64,000 nucleotides of DNA from contig CM075989.1 in NCBI GenBank assembly GCA_038087875.1, positions 4,464,001-4,528,000 on the forward strand, in the 5' to 3' direction. Shown here in pieces: positions 52,220 to 64,000 of the stretch. Under the pieces are notes generated by a model that made no database searches, was not told where the DNA came from, and saw only the letters and a list, made by a program, of their open reading frames with translations. Numbering within the stretch: position 1 is the stretch's first letter; every line of letters begins with the position of its first letter. The position numbers were made by a program, and so were the translations under genes. The DNA is from Malacoraja senta (lineage: Eukaryota).

Positions 52220-53232
52220 TCAAGTCAAGAGTCAAGAGAGTTTATTGTCATGTGTGCCAGATAGGACAATAAAATTCTTGCTTTGCTTCAGCACAACAGA
52301 ATATAGTAGGCATGAATACAGAACATATCAGTGTGTCCATATACCATTATATAAATATATACACACATCAATAAATAAGCAGATAAAGTGCACATAAACA
52401 GATAATGGTCTATTAATGTTCAGAGATTTGTTTCAGTTGAGTTTAATAGCCTGATGGCTGTGGGGAAGTAGCTATTTCTGAACCTGGATTTTGCAGTCTT
52501 CAGGCTCCTGTACCTTCTACCTGAAGGTAGCGGGAAGATGAGTGTGTGGCCAGGATGGTGTAGGTCCTTGATGATACTGCCAGCCTTTTTGAGGCAACAA
52601 CTGCGATAGATCCCCTCGATGGTAGGGAGATCAGAGCCAATGATGGACTGGGCAGTGTTTACTACTTTTTGTAGTCTCTTCCGCTCCTGGGCGCTCAAGT
52701 TGCCGAACCAAGCCACGATGCAACCGGTCAGCATGCTCTCTACTGTGCACCTGTAGAGAGTCCTCCTTGACATACCGACTCTCCGTAATCTTCTCAGGAA
52801 GTAGAGTCACTGATGTGCTTTCTTAATAATTGCATCAGTGTTCTCGGACCAGGAGAGATCTTCAGAGATATGCACGCCCAGGAATTTGATGTTCTTGACC
52901 CTCTCCTCCATCGACCCGTTGATATAAATGAGACTGTGGGTCCCCATCCTACCCCTTCCAAAGTCCACAATCAGTTCCTTGGTTTTGCTGGTGTTGAGGG
53001 CCAGGTTATTGTGCTGGCACTATTTGGTCAGTCGGTCGATCTCTCTTCTATACTCTGACTCGTCCCCATCAGTGATACGTCCCACAACAGTGGTGTCGTC
53101 AGCAAACTTGATGCTACGCAGTCATGAGTATAGAGTGAGTACAGCAGAGGACTGAGCACGCAGCCTTGAGGTGCTCCCGTGCTGATTGTTATCGAGGATA
53201 ACACAATTCCACCAATATGAACAGTCTGTGGG
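52220..53232 (-). mobile_element. Rex1/Babar LINE 3' portion, inserted in a MITE remnant within a CR1 3' end
   Basis: IKFADDTTVVG at ~53080-53112; C-terminus VESMLTGCIVAWFGN...LPSGRRYRSL..SRFRNSYFPTAIRLLN; (gtcaaga)n tail. Confidence 0.88.
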
Positions 53233-53611
53233 CTTTGAAGATCGCAGCAGGTCGCCGAAAATTTTCAACGTAAATTCCCAGTAAATATTTCCCCCCCTCA
53301 CCTTAAACCTATGTCCTCTGGTTCTCGATTCCCCTACTTAGGCCGAAAGACTCTGCGCGTTTACCAAATCTATTCCTCCCATGATTTTGTACATTTTAAC
53401 CTCTATCTTCAAGTTTTGGATACCCTTACAATGAGTGACAGGCCCTGGCTATCCACCCTAACTATGGCTATGCCTCTCATACTTATAACTGCCTCAGAGT
53501 TTAAATGTATCCCACATGTTGAGTCAAGTCAAGATTTTCCAGAAATGAGTGGGAGAAAAAAAAGGGAAAGTAAATACGCAATTCAATACGAAGGGTCACA
53601 GTTCACACCTC

Positions 53612-53935
53612 TTAGTTTAAGTTTAGTTTAGCGATACAGTGCGGAAACAGGCCCTTCGGCCCACCGAGTCCACACCGAACAACGATCCCCACACATTAAC
53701 ACTATCCTACACACACTAGGAACAATTTACACATACACCAAGCCAATTAACTTTCATACCTGTACGTCTTTGGAGTGTGGGAAGAAACTGAAGATCGCAG
53801 AGAAAACCCACGCGCTCCCGGGGAGAACGTACAAACTCCGCACAGACAGCACCGGTAGTCAGGGTCGAACCCGGGTCTCCAGCGCTGCAAGCACTGTAAG
53901 GTAGCAACTCTACCGCTGCGCCACCGTGGCCGCCC
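53612..53935 (-). mobile_element. Full-length V-SINE
   Basis: Reverse-complement A and B boxes, V-domain, tail. Confidence 0.9.
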
Positions 53936-55483
53936 TCTTCTATACTTATCTCACACCTTTCGTCTTGTCATCTCCAACCATCTGCCTATCAAAACCTCCC
54001 CTCACCTGTATCCACCCATGACTCACCATGCGCTGTCTTGCCCCTCCTGTCTTCCAGCTTTGTCAACCCCCCTCCCTTACCACAACCACAATCAGTCTGA
54101 AGAACTGTCCAGTTGCAGCCTGACCCGCTAAGTTACTCCAGCACTTTGTGTCATTTTTTGTAAACCAGCACCTGCAGTTTCTCGTGTCTGAAGTGACTAG
54201 TTTAGAATTCCAGAAGCAATCTCAATCAAAATTCAACGTGAACTGAATTGCAGAAATGGAGCATTTAGCAGATAGTAAGCCTGTAGGCTATTTTAAGTCT
54301 TGCAGTTGAACAGGTGATCAGACAATTACATTGCAGGCACCTATGGCATTAAGCTCTGCTCCTCGTGTAAAACATTCCAAGCAGGTACTGATCATTTTAC
54401 AAATCATTGGATATTTTTAAGGCAGAGATTGACGAATATTTGATTGGTAGGGGTGTGAAGGGTTCAGGCGAGAATGGGGTTGAGAGGGAAAGAGAGATCA
54501 GCCTGATCAAATGACAGAGTAGACTCGATGGGCCAAATGGCCCATTTCTGCTCCTATGACTAATGAAGGTATGAAATTCAGGTGCATCCAACAAAATAGG
54601 CATGTTCCAAATGACACTATTTTCCAACCTTGGAATAACATAATTTGAAATTGTGAAATTTGACCATTGCACATTTGGCTATTCATATCTACCCCGGTCA
54701 TACATTACGCAAGAATATGTAGGCTAATGTACCAATGTACCGTGAATGATCCATTTCCAACCTGTTTACAATGATTATCAGAATATCATTCATCTACTGT
54801 CAAAATGGGAATAGTTTTAACCAAAACAAATCACTTCTGAACTTCCAGTTGCTGAGTAACTGTTCAAAGTGTGAAATATTCATGCTGTCAGCATTTGAAC
54901 TGTGAAAAACACCCTACAGTGTAGAGAAAAAGCAATACTAATCCTGTGTTGCCTGGAGATAGTATTTTGACCTGAATAATACGAGTATGAAGTATTAGTC
55001 ACATAACGCTGGAGTAACTCGGCGGGACAGGCAGCATCTCTGGATAGAAGTCTCTGGTCGGAACCCTTCTTCAGATTGAAAATAGCGGTGGGCGTGGGGG
55101 TTAATTAAACTGGAAGTGAACAGTGAGAGAGGGTGATGAAGAACTGTCGGAGTGTGGAGGAGCAGTTCTTCAAAGCAGGCACACCTTCAGGAGATTTGAC
55201 AATACGTAGGTATGCAGGTATTAGGCATACCTTGAGGAGATTTTGCAGAGATTTCAGCAGACAAAATATGTGGGAAGGAACTGCAGCATGTCTGGAGAAT
55301 GTCGTTATGTGACTTTTTGTGTAGACACCCTTCTGCAGACTAACCAGTCTGAAATGTCACCTATCCACATTCTCCAGAGAACCTGCCTGACCCACCGAGC
55401 CACTCCAGCCCCTTGCGTCTCTTTTTTGTAAACCAACACCTGGAGTTTCCTGTATCTTGTAATAGCAGAGTGATATAATAGTT

Positions 55484-55710
55484 CCCAATTCTGCTAGCCC
55501 TTGCTGTACCCTCCCCTTCATCAGCCATCTGGTTGTCTCCTCCCCTCCCCCAGCCCTCGGGCTCCTCCTCCGCCTTTTTCCTTTTTTCCTTTCTTCTCCC
55601 CACCCCCTATCAGTCTGAAGAAGGGTTTCGGCCCGAAACGTTACCTATTTCCTTCGCTCCATAGATGCTGCTGCACCCGCTGAGTTTCTCCAGCATTTTT
55701 GTGTGCCACC
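55484..55710 (+). mobile_element. Penelope-like pLTR insertion with an intact hammerhead core
   Basis: 16-bp TSD gagtgatataatagtt at 55468-55483 and 55711-55726; ctgaagaagggtttcggcccgaaacgtt at 55615-55642. Confidence 0.8.
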
Positions 55711-56956
55711 GAGTGATATAATAGTTTAGGACAGTGGCCTGGGCTGAATCCTGAGCTTAGTCAGTTGGTGTGTAGTTTTTACCCTCTCTCTTTGGCCACA
55801 TGGGTTTCTCAGGGGCCCCAGGTAAGTTGTTTGTCTGCTATAAATTACCCCCATGTGTAAGAAGTGAGCAACATGAGAATCGCTGGGGGTTGAGTGTGGG
55901 GGGGGGGGGGGGAGGGGTGGGAGAGCTACCTGGCGGGGGCCGTCAAGGGGAACCTGCGGGGCCACCAAGGTGAGGGGCATTGGTTCGCGGTAACTGCTCC
56001 AGTACATTGAACACAGGGGCCTGACGGACTTTGGACTTTGAATAATGGCACCAAAACATGGCGGCATCCGCATGTGTAAAATATGAAAAATGAATCTCAC
56101 TGTGCAGTTGCATATGAGACAAATAAATGATACAACAAAGTATTTCACTGTACCTAGGTACATGTGGCAATAAAGTATCAGTGGATCATCATTGAATCAT
56201 GTAAGATAGAATAGATTATACAAAAATACGTTGGGCACGGTGGTTAATGGGCATGCTTTGAGAGCTAGCCTTGGCTCATTGGGCCGAATGGTCTCAGTTC
56301 TCAGTTTAGTTTATTGTCACGTGTACTGAGGCAGTGAAAAGCTTTTGTTGCGTGCTAACCAGTCAGCAGAAAGACAAGACATGATTACAATCAAGCCTGT
56401 TACAATGTACAGATACATGATAATGGAATAGCGTTTAGTGCAAGGTAAAGCCAGTAAAGTCCGATCAAAGATAGTCCGTGGGTCGCCAATGAGGTGGATA
56501 GCAGTTCAGCACTGCTCTCTGGTTGTGGTAGGATAATTCAGTTGCCTGATGACAGCTGGGAAGAAACTGTCCCTGAATCTGGAGGTGTGCGTTTTCACAC
56601 TTCTATACCTTTTTTACCTGACCTAAATTCCTGCAGTTACTTTTCCTACTTTATGTAAAGCAAACTGTTAATTTGATGTGGCAGTGGAGAAAAAGACCAG
56701 CGAGGAAACTATTTGGAAGCTTCAGAGATATTGCCTATCTTATTAAGAACAAATGTCTCTACTTCATATTGGTCCAAATGCTCTGAATAAATCCAGTGAC
56801 AATACTGACGTAAATAGTTTGAGTTAATTAAATGATTACATTTAATTGAGTCTTACTTCTTTTATCCATTTCACCAGATAAGTAAATCCATGGTCATCTG
56901 TGATGATGTCACTTCTACCCATTATCCTCTTCCCGACTAACTAGTCACAAGAAAAT

Positions 56957-57183
56957 CTCGACACAAAGTGCTGGAGTAACTCAGCGGGTCAGGCAGCATT
57001 CCTGGAGAACACGGATAGGTGACGTTTGGGGTCGGGACTCTTCATCAGACTGATCTTGACCCAACGTGACCCAAAATGTCACCTATCCATCCATGTTCTC
57101 CAGAGATGTTGTCTGACCCATTGAGTTACTCCAGCACTTTGTGTCTTATTTTGTAAACCAGCCTCTGCAGTTCCTTGCTTCTA
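56957..57183 (+). mobile_element. Penelope-derived fold-back mini-element
   Basis: Inverted pLTR halves; TSD cacaagaaaat at 56946-56956 and 57184-57194. Confidence 0.7.
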
Positions 57184-58254
57184 CACAAGAAAATTAAGTC
57201 ATGTAAAGTGAGTTCTATTACCTTTATTTGATTATTGGCTATTGTCTTACCTGATTAGTTCCTTAATTCAGGTAGCATTCTCACCCATGAAAATGAATGA
57301 AAGAAAGAGTCTCACAGTTCAAAACATCGATGATTTGCAACTTAATGGCAGGTTTGGTTCAATGAATGCAATCTTACTTCCATGCAGGAGTTGTGAGTTC
57401 AATCTCAACGAAGGGCCTGTTTCAATCAAAATCCTCTCCCCCTCTCCCCTGTGACCCACCTGGACTCGCACCTATTTCTGCCCTCCCCCTCCCCTTTCAC
57501 CTACCTTCCAACTCTAGCTTCACAATTTACTACTCCTCACTCCTTTTGTCTCACACCTTCAGTCTTTTCATCTTTGGCCTTTATCCAACCAGCTGCCTAT
57601 CAAAAAACCCTCTTCACCCATATCAACCTATTACCTGCCAGGCTTTGTCTTGCCCCCCTCTCTTCCAGCATTCTTCCTCCCACCCCCCCCCCCCACCCCC
57701 CCCCCCAGTACATTGAAACTGAAGAAGGGTCCCAATCGAAAAATTCACCTATCCATGTTCTCCAGAGATGCTGCCTGACCGAGCTGTACTATCACAACCT
57801 TTGGACAGGTGCATGGATAGGATAGGTTTAGTGGGAAGACAGGCAAAAGTGTTGGAGTAATTCAACGGATCAGGCAGCTTCTCCCAGGGAAATGCTGCCC
57901 GACCCGCTGAGCTACTCCAGCATTTAGCGTCTATCTTCAGTATAAACCAGCATCTGCAGATCCTTCTGACACATAGGTTGAGAGGGATAAAGGCCAAACG
58001 TAGGTCAGTGTGATTAGTGTGGATGGGGCATGTTGATCGGCATGGGCAGGTTGGGCTGAAGAGCCTGTTTGCATGTGGCATGGCTCTATGACCTGTTGAG
58101 TTACTCCAGCTCTTTGTGTCTTCTTTCGTAAACCAGCATATGAAGTTTGTTGTTTCTCCATTCTTCAATAATGGATTGTCAGATTATGAATGAGTGAAGT
58201 ATTCATCCATTGAACCAAAGCCCATTAACTCTCTCAAGTGGACATAAAAGATGC

Positions 58255-58910
58255 TGCACAGTGGCGCAGCGCTAGGTTTGCCACCTTACAGTGCCAGAGA
58301 CCTGGGTTCGATCCAGACTACATCGTTTGTACCTTCTACCCGTGACCTGCATGGGTTTTCTCCGAGATCTTTGGTTTGCTCCCACACTCCAAACACGTAC
58401 AGGTTTGTAGGTTAATTGGTTTGGTATAAAAATGTAAATTATCCCTAGTGTGTGTAGGATATTGTTAATGTGCGGGGATTGCTGGTTGGAGCAGACTCAG
58501 TGGGCCGAAGGGCCTGTTTTAAGGTTTCAAGGATTCAAGGTCAGTTTATTGTCACATGTAACTATTAAGGCACAGTGTAATTCAGATTGCCATACAGTCA
58601 TACCAATAAAGAGCAAACAAGACACCCAAATAATGTTTTTAACATGAACATCCACCACAGTGACTCCCCCACATTCCTCATTGTGATGGAAGGCAAAAAA
58701 AGTTCAATCTTCTTCCCTTCTTTGTTCTCCCGCGGTCGGGGCACTTGAACCTTCCATTGTCGGGGCGATCTTGGCTCTCGCAACCGGCGGTCGAGCCTGC
58801 CGCATCGGGGCGATCAAGATCCCACATCGGGGGGGGGATCTCAGTTCCCCGCGCCGGGGGATTCCACCCTGTATCTCTAAACGTAACTAAACATTAAATT
58901 AAACTAAACA
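58255..58910 (+). mobile_element. V-SINE interrupted at ~58520-58860 by a minus-strand LINE 3' UTR
   Basis: SINE tail resumes at ctgtatctctaaac near 58869. Confidence 0.7.
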
Positions 58911-59060
58911 CTATTTCTAAATAGAATCAGGGAGTTCTCTCTTTTCTTCAGTCTCCACTTATCACTCGACCAAAATGAGGATCGTATTTGAACAATGATC
59001 ACGTGGAAGTATGTGGGATTAGATCGCATAGATTGGCTGCTGCATGCAACTGCATTGTAA

Positions 59061-59305
59061 AGGGCCTGTCCCACTTGGCGATTTTTTCGGCGACTGCCGA
59101 CATCATTGACTGACGTATCAGGTCGCTGAAAAATTTGCGGCGTGATGCAGCGTGACGCGGCGTTATGACGTATGACGCGTGGTGTTTTTTCAAATGTCGC
59201 AACATTTTTTTTGTCGTCGCTGGATTTTGAAATGTTTTAAATCTTTTGTCGAAACTGATATGACGCTGGCAGTGGCCGAAAAAATCGCCAAGTGGGACAG
59301 GCCCT
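59061..59305. mobile_element. PIF/Harbinger MITE
   Basis: Long TIR agggcctgtcccacttggcgattttttcgg; TAA TSD at 59058-59060 and 59306-59308. Confidence 0.9.
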
Positions 59306-59640
59306 TAACAATGTGGTGTATTTCAAAAGTAATTACTGAGTTGTCCTATATCTGCATTATCCTGAAAAGGTGGAAGATGTATGTCTAGAGACTAGAGTTC
59401 CCTCTTTGTAGGCATGCTAATTGCGAATAGTACTGATGCCCAGTTCATCTGCTGATGGAAAGTTAAGAAACTGGACAAAAATATATGGAAAGCAGTGCCA
59501 AGGTATTTAGTAAGTTAATTCATGCACTAAAAGAGGACTTCAGCTGTTCCCACTGAGAACACAATGCAGAGCTCGCAGGTGTTATACTGTCGCCATATTA
59601 AGCAGAAAAGGTTGCCATGGAGGCGAAGGACAATGTGGAG

Positions 59641-59935
59641 GTTTAGTTTAGTTTCGAGATACAGGACAGAAGTAGGCCCTTCGACCCACCAAGTCCGCGC
59701 TGACCAGCAATTCCCGCACACTAACACTATCCTACACACTAGGGACAATTTTACATTTATACTAAGCCAATTAACCTACAAACCTCCACGTCTTTGGAGT
59801 ATGGGAGGAAACTGAAGAATACGGAGAAAACAGACTCAGGGGATAAAGTTCAAACTCCATACAGCACCCATAGTCAGGTTTGAACCCGGGACTCTGGCGC
59901 TGTAAGGAAGCAACTCTACTGCTGCAACACCCTGC
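59641..59935 (-). mobile_element. V-SINE
   Basis: Reverse-complement copy. Confidence 0.8.
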
Positions 59936-60773
59936 AGCCCAAGTGGATGAACATATATAACAGACCAAACGAAGGGTGAATCTCAATTCGTAGGCTGCCA
60001 AGGATGAAGGGGCTCTCTGGCAGGGGCCGCCTGCTGCCATGTGTGGGGGCAGGCAAAAGATAGGACTGTTTGGTGAACTTTTGTTGCTTTGTCGACTCCT
60101 GTGTACTGCCTAGGTGTGGTCTGCTGGACGATTTTTCCAGGTTGAATGCAAAACAATGCATTTCATGTGTCAATGAAGTATCATTGAATTGAATTGAATC
60201 ATTGAACATCGACACCTCTTCAGGACAGTCGGTTTGGCTCAAGCTCCAGACTCTGCCGCAGTGGAGGAAAGTTGTGCAATGACGATAATGATACAGCTGC
60301 TGCTCTTAAGTGAGAAGTATAGGACAAAATAGAGAGTACCAGAATATGAAAGATTTACTTATAGGAAGGAACTGCAGATGCTGGTTTGAGTTAGATTTAG
60401 CTCTTAGGGATAACGGAATCAAGGAAAAATCAGGAACCAGGTACGGATTTTGGATGATCATGCATGATCATATTGAATGGTAGTGCTGGTTCGAAGGGCC
60501 GAATGGCCTACTCCTGCACCTATTTTTTATGTTTCTTTGTTTCTAAACCAAAGATATACACAAAAAGCTGGAGTAACTCAGTCTATTGACAACATCTATG
60601 GAGAAAAGGAACGGGCGACGTTTTAGATCGAGACACTTCTTCAGGCAGCTATACCATCACCGCAAGTGTGTCTATCTCTTAAGAGACGGCTTTAGAGGTG
60701 AAGACAATGGATAGTTTTAAGGCAGAGATTGACAGATTCTGGATTAGTTACGGGTGTCAGTGGTGATGTAGAG

Positions 60774-61163
60774 CAAAGGTCCTATAGCGGAGCAAGATAG
60801 ACCACTCCTTCTAAATGCAATGGGCTGATGTGTAGTACGCAACAGAACGGAACGTGGGCTTTTTTTTCATCCATTTCCATACCCAGACCCGACTCGCAGT
60901 GTAATCAATGTTGCGGTGGAACAGTTTGTGTTAATAAATTAAAATTCTGAAAATGAGGAGAAGATTTTTACCAAGTAACTTTTATTTTTACGAGGATGTT
61001 TCCGTAACCGGCTTCCGTCTCCGTACTATTATCCTATGGGATATTTGGTGCGGAGACGGAAACCGGTTCTAGAAATGGGGCCTTAAATTACCCATTAATC
61101 TGTCCATGACCGTACTACGTCTTTTTCATCGAGTGGACTATCTTGCTCGCTATAGGATCTTTG
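60774..61163. mobile_element. Non-autonomous DNA transposon with CAAAG termini and 8-bp TSD (P-element-like; hAT not excluded)
   Basis: ~33-bp TIR caaagRtcctatagcg(g)agcaagatagWccactc; TSD atgtagag / atggggag in a CR1 3' end. Confidence 0.75.
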
Positions 61164-61277
61164 ATGGGGAGAAGGCAGGAGAGTGGGGTTGAGAAGGAAA
61201 GATAGATCAGCCATGATTGAATGGCGGAGTAGACTTGATGGGTCGAATGGACTAATTCTGGTCCTAGAACTTAAAAA

Positions 61278-61560
61278 CTGCCTTACAGTGCCGGAGACCC
61301 GAATTCAAACCTGACTACTGGCAGTATCTGTATGGAATTTGTACGTTCCCCCCGTAACCTGCGTGGGTTTTCCCCAGGTACTCTGGTTTCTTCCCACACT
61401 CCAAAGATGTACAGGTTTGTGGGCTAATTGGCTTGGTAAAATTGTAAATTGTCCCTAGTGTGTGTCGGATAGAATTTGTGTGCGGGGATCGCTGGCCAGT
61501 GCGGACTCAATGGGCCGAAGGGTCTGTTTCTGTGCTGTACCTCAAAACTAAACTAAAAAA
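61278..61560 (+). mobile_element. V-SINE
   Basis: V-domain, tail. Confidence 0.8.
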
Positions 61561-62014
61561 ATGTAAAAGCACAAATGAATCACATTCAAGGCCGTGCGGG
61601 TTAAGTCTGATTTCTTTGAGGTGGTAATGAGGAGTGAGAAATATGTCTGATGTAGTTCAAATGAACTTTAAGAAGGTTTTCATTGTGATACCATTCAATG
61701 GATCGTGCAGAAAGGTTAAAGCATCCGAATGGAAGTCGCTGGTTGGAAACAAAATTGGTGTGGAGGACCATGAGTTAATTTGTCAAGAGAGCACAGTGGT
61801 CTGGTAGAAACAGGGGATAGAGAGCAGTACCACCCACACTATCCATTAACCACTCTTGTGGTAGAGTCTGTGGGCTCTACATTGGCCTCATTGGCCTCCC
61901 CAAAAGTCACACAATAGAACAATTTCATGGAAGAATGGAAGCAAGTCACCTCAAGGGATTGCTTAAAAAGAAATGATATTGTCCCATAGAAAAAGAAAAT
62001 GGGACATAAGCATC

Positions 62015-62920
62015 GGGTGGCACAGTGGTAAAGCTGCTGACTTACAGTGCCAGAACCCCAGGTTCAACCCTGACTACGCATGTGGAATTTGCATGTTCTC
62101 CCCGTAACCACATAGTTTTCCTCTGGGTGCTCCAGTTTCCTCCCACTTCCCAAAGACGAGTGGGTTTGTTGGTTAATTAGACTCCGTAAATTGCCTCTAG
62201 TGTGTAGGTGAGCGGTAGAATGTGGGAGAGTTGATGACAATTTGGGGAGACTAAAATATGATTCGTTTGGGATTAGTTGAAGGACTGTTTGGACATGATG
62301 GCCTGAAGGCCTGTTTCCATTCAGTATGTCTTTATGACTCTATGAGCACATTGCAATACCATGGATAATTCTGTATCATTCTGCAGAATATGCAGACTAT
62401 TTAGTAATACCAACTCAGTGAAAGTTTTGTCACTTTGAAGATGCCAGCACAAAGTTAAGACTCCCTATGTAGAGTGTAAAACTTCAACGATCCCATCAAG
62501 TGTATACTTGATTTCCTAATCATCTCAGCAGTTCACACGTAAAATGAGTGTGTTGCACTGTAGCTACTGAAGGGCCTGGTTCCATGCTGTCCACCTCCAT
62601 CTGCTCCAGAGCGCCAGAGTTCTGGGCTCATTCCTGACTGTAGATGCTTTCTGTGTGGAGTTTGCATGTTCTCCCTGTGATTGTGTGGGTTTGCTCTAGT
62701 TCCCCTCACATTCCAAAGTTGTGCAGGTTGGTAGCTCAATTGACTACTGAAGATTGCCCCAAGTTTATCGGTGAGTGGTAGAATTTGGGGGAGTGTGATG
62801 AGAATATGGAGATATTAAAATGGGATTAACATAGGATTAGTGTAAATGGGCGCTTGAAAGTCAGTTCAGACTTAGTGGGCCAAAGGGTTTGTTACCATGC
62901 TGGACCTCTCCATGACTCTA
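62015..62920 (+). mobile_element. Two older V-SINE copies (~62015-62345 and ~62605-62920)
   Basis: Degenerate V-domain and ctatgact tails. Confidence 0.65.
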
Positions 62921-63124
62921 TGACACTAATATAGTCACAGATGGAGATCAATTGGTATCAAACTTATCCATGCATGAAACGCAATTAAAAAAGAAAATTG
63001 TGTGTCTGCTTTCTTGCAAAAAGATACAGGAAACTTTCTGAACATAATGGAGTACATTTAGTCTGGTGAGAATGAGAACAAATAGAAATTAGCATTGGAA
63101 AAAAAAATAGACCTGAAGAAATTA

Positions 63125-63435
63125 ATACAGAGATACAAAGGTACAGAGCAGAAACAGGCATTTCAGCCCACCGAGTTAATGCCGACCAGCAATCGCACCA
63201 ACACACTAGCGACACAAGCAAGACCCAACACACTAGGGACAATTTACATTTACAGCAAGCCAATTAACTTACAAACCTGTAAGTCGTTGGAGTGTGGGAG
63301 GAATCCGAAGATCTCGGAGAAAACCGACGCGGTCACAGGGAGAACGTAAAACTCAGTACAGACAGCACCTGTAGTCCAGGGTCGAACCCGGGTCCCCAGC
63401 GCTGTAAGGCAGTGACTCACCACTACACCACTGTG
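63125..63435 (-). mobile_element. V-SINE
   Basis: Reverse-complement copy. Confidence 0.8.
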
Positions 63436-63629
63436 CTGCTCTTGAAATGGAAAACGATTAAATCCCCAACACCTCCATTCCAAGGTCAAGAAAACGTTGG
63501 TGATGGAGATGGTGGAGACAACAAAGAAGACTTGGATTCCAATATCATAATTGCTGATGAAGGTCAGCCAGGAAAGATCTCACAACTGCCCTTAATAGGC
63601 AAAGTTTACCCCTCCCATCAGTGCCTATC

Positions 63630-63860
63630 AATGAAAGGCATTGATGGAGTGGATGTTTCCACTGGTGGGAGAGTCTAGGACCAGAGGCTTCAGAATTAAA
63701 GGGCACTCTTTTAGAATGGAGGTGAGGAGGAACTTCTTTAGTCAGAGGGTAGTTAATCTGTGGAACTCATTGCCACAGAGGGCTGTGAAGGCCAAGTCAG
63801 TGGATATTTTTAAGGCAAAGATGGACAAATTCTTGATTACAACGGGTGTCAAGGGTTATT
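63630..63860 (+). mobile_element. CR1 ORF2 3' fragment
   Basis: MFPLVGESRTRG..IKGHSFRMEVRRNFFSQRVVNLWNSLPQ. Confidence 0.85.
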
Positions 63861-64000
63861 CATGCTTTCAACTTTAAACATTAGAGATACAACATTGAAT
63901 TAAGCCCTTTGTCCCACCAAGTCCTCACGGATCATCCACCATCCATGATCACCCCATGCACTAGCACTTTCCGACACACAAGGGACAATTTACAATTTTA

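Overview
Repeat-dominated vertebrate genomic DNA with no host protein-coding exon I can support. The mix of V-domain tRNA SINEs (HE1 type), CR1, Rex1/Babar and Penelope elements points to a cartilaginous fish, probably a skate or ray (inference). Large elements: a structurally complete but frameshifted DIRS1-type tyrosine-recombinase retrotransposon (22189-26950); a young 5'-truncated CR1 LINE nested in an older CR1 that itself sits in a SINE (46591-50872); a non-autonomous Helitron carrying minisatellites (36574-38221); many PIF/Harbinger MITEs; and a P- or hAT-like MITE. The most notable observation is two tiny minus-strand retroposons (20691-20833 and 28747-28921) with little sequence similarity to each other. 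Each begins exactly at G1 of a minimal HDV/CPEB3-like ribozyme fold, continues into a stem-enclosed 3' domain and ends in an (AAG)n tail. Penelope-derived repeats carrying minimal hammerhead cores are also scattered through the window. All calls were made by eye with no database search, and boundaries of degenerate repeats are approximate.
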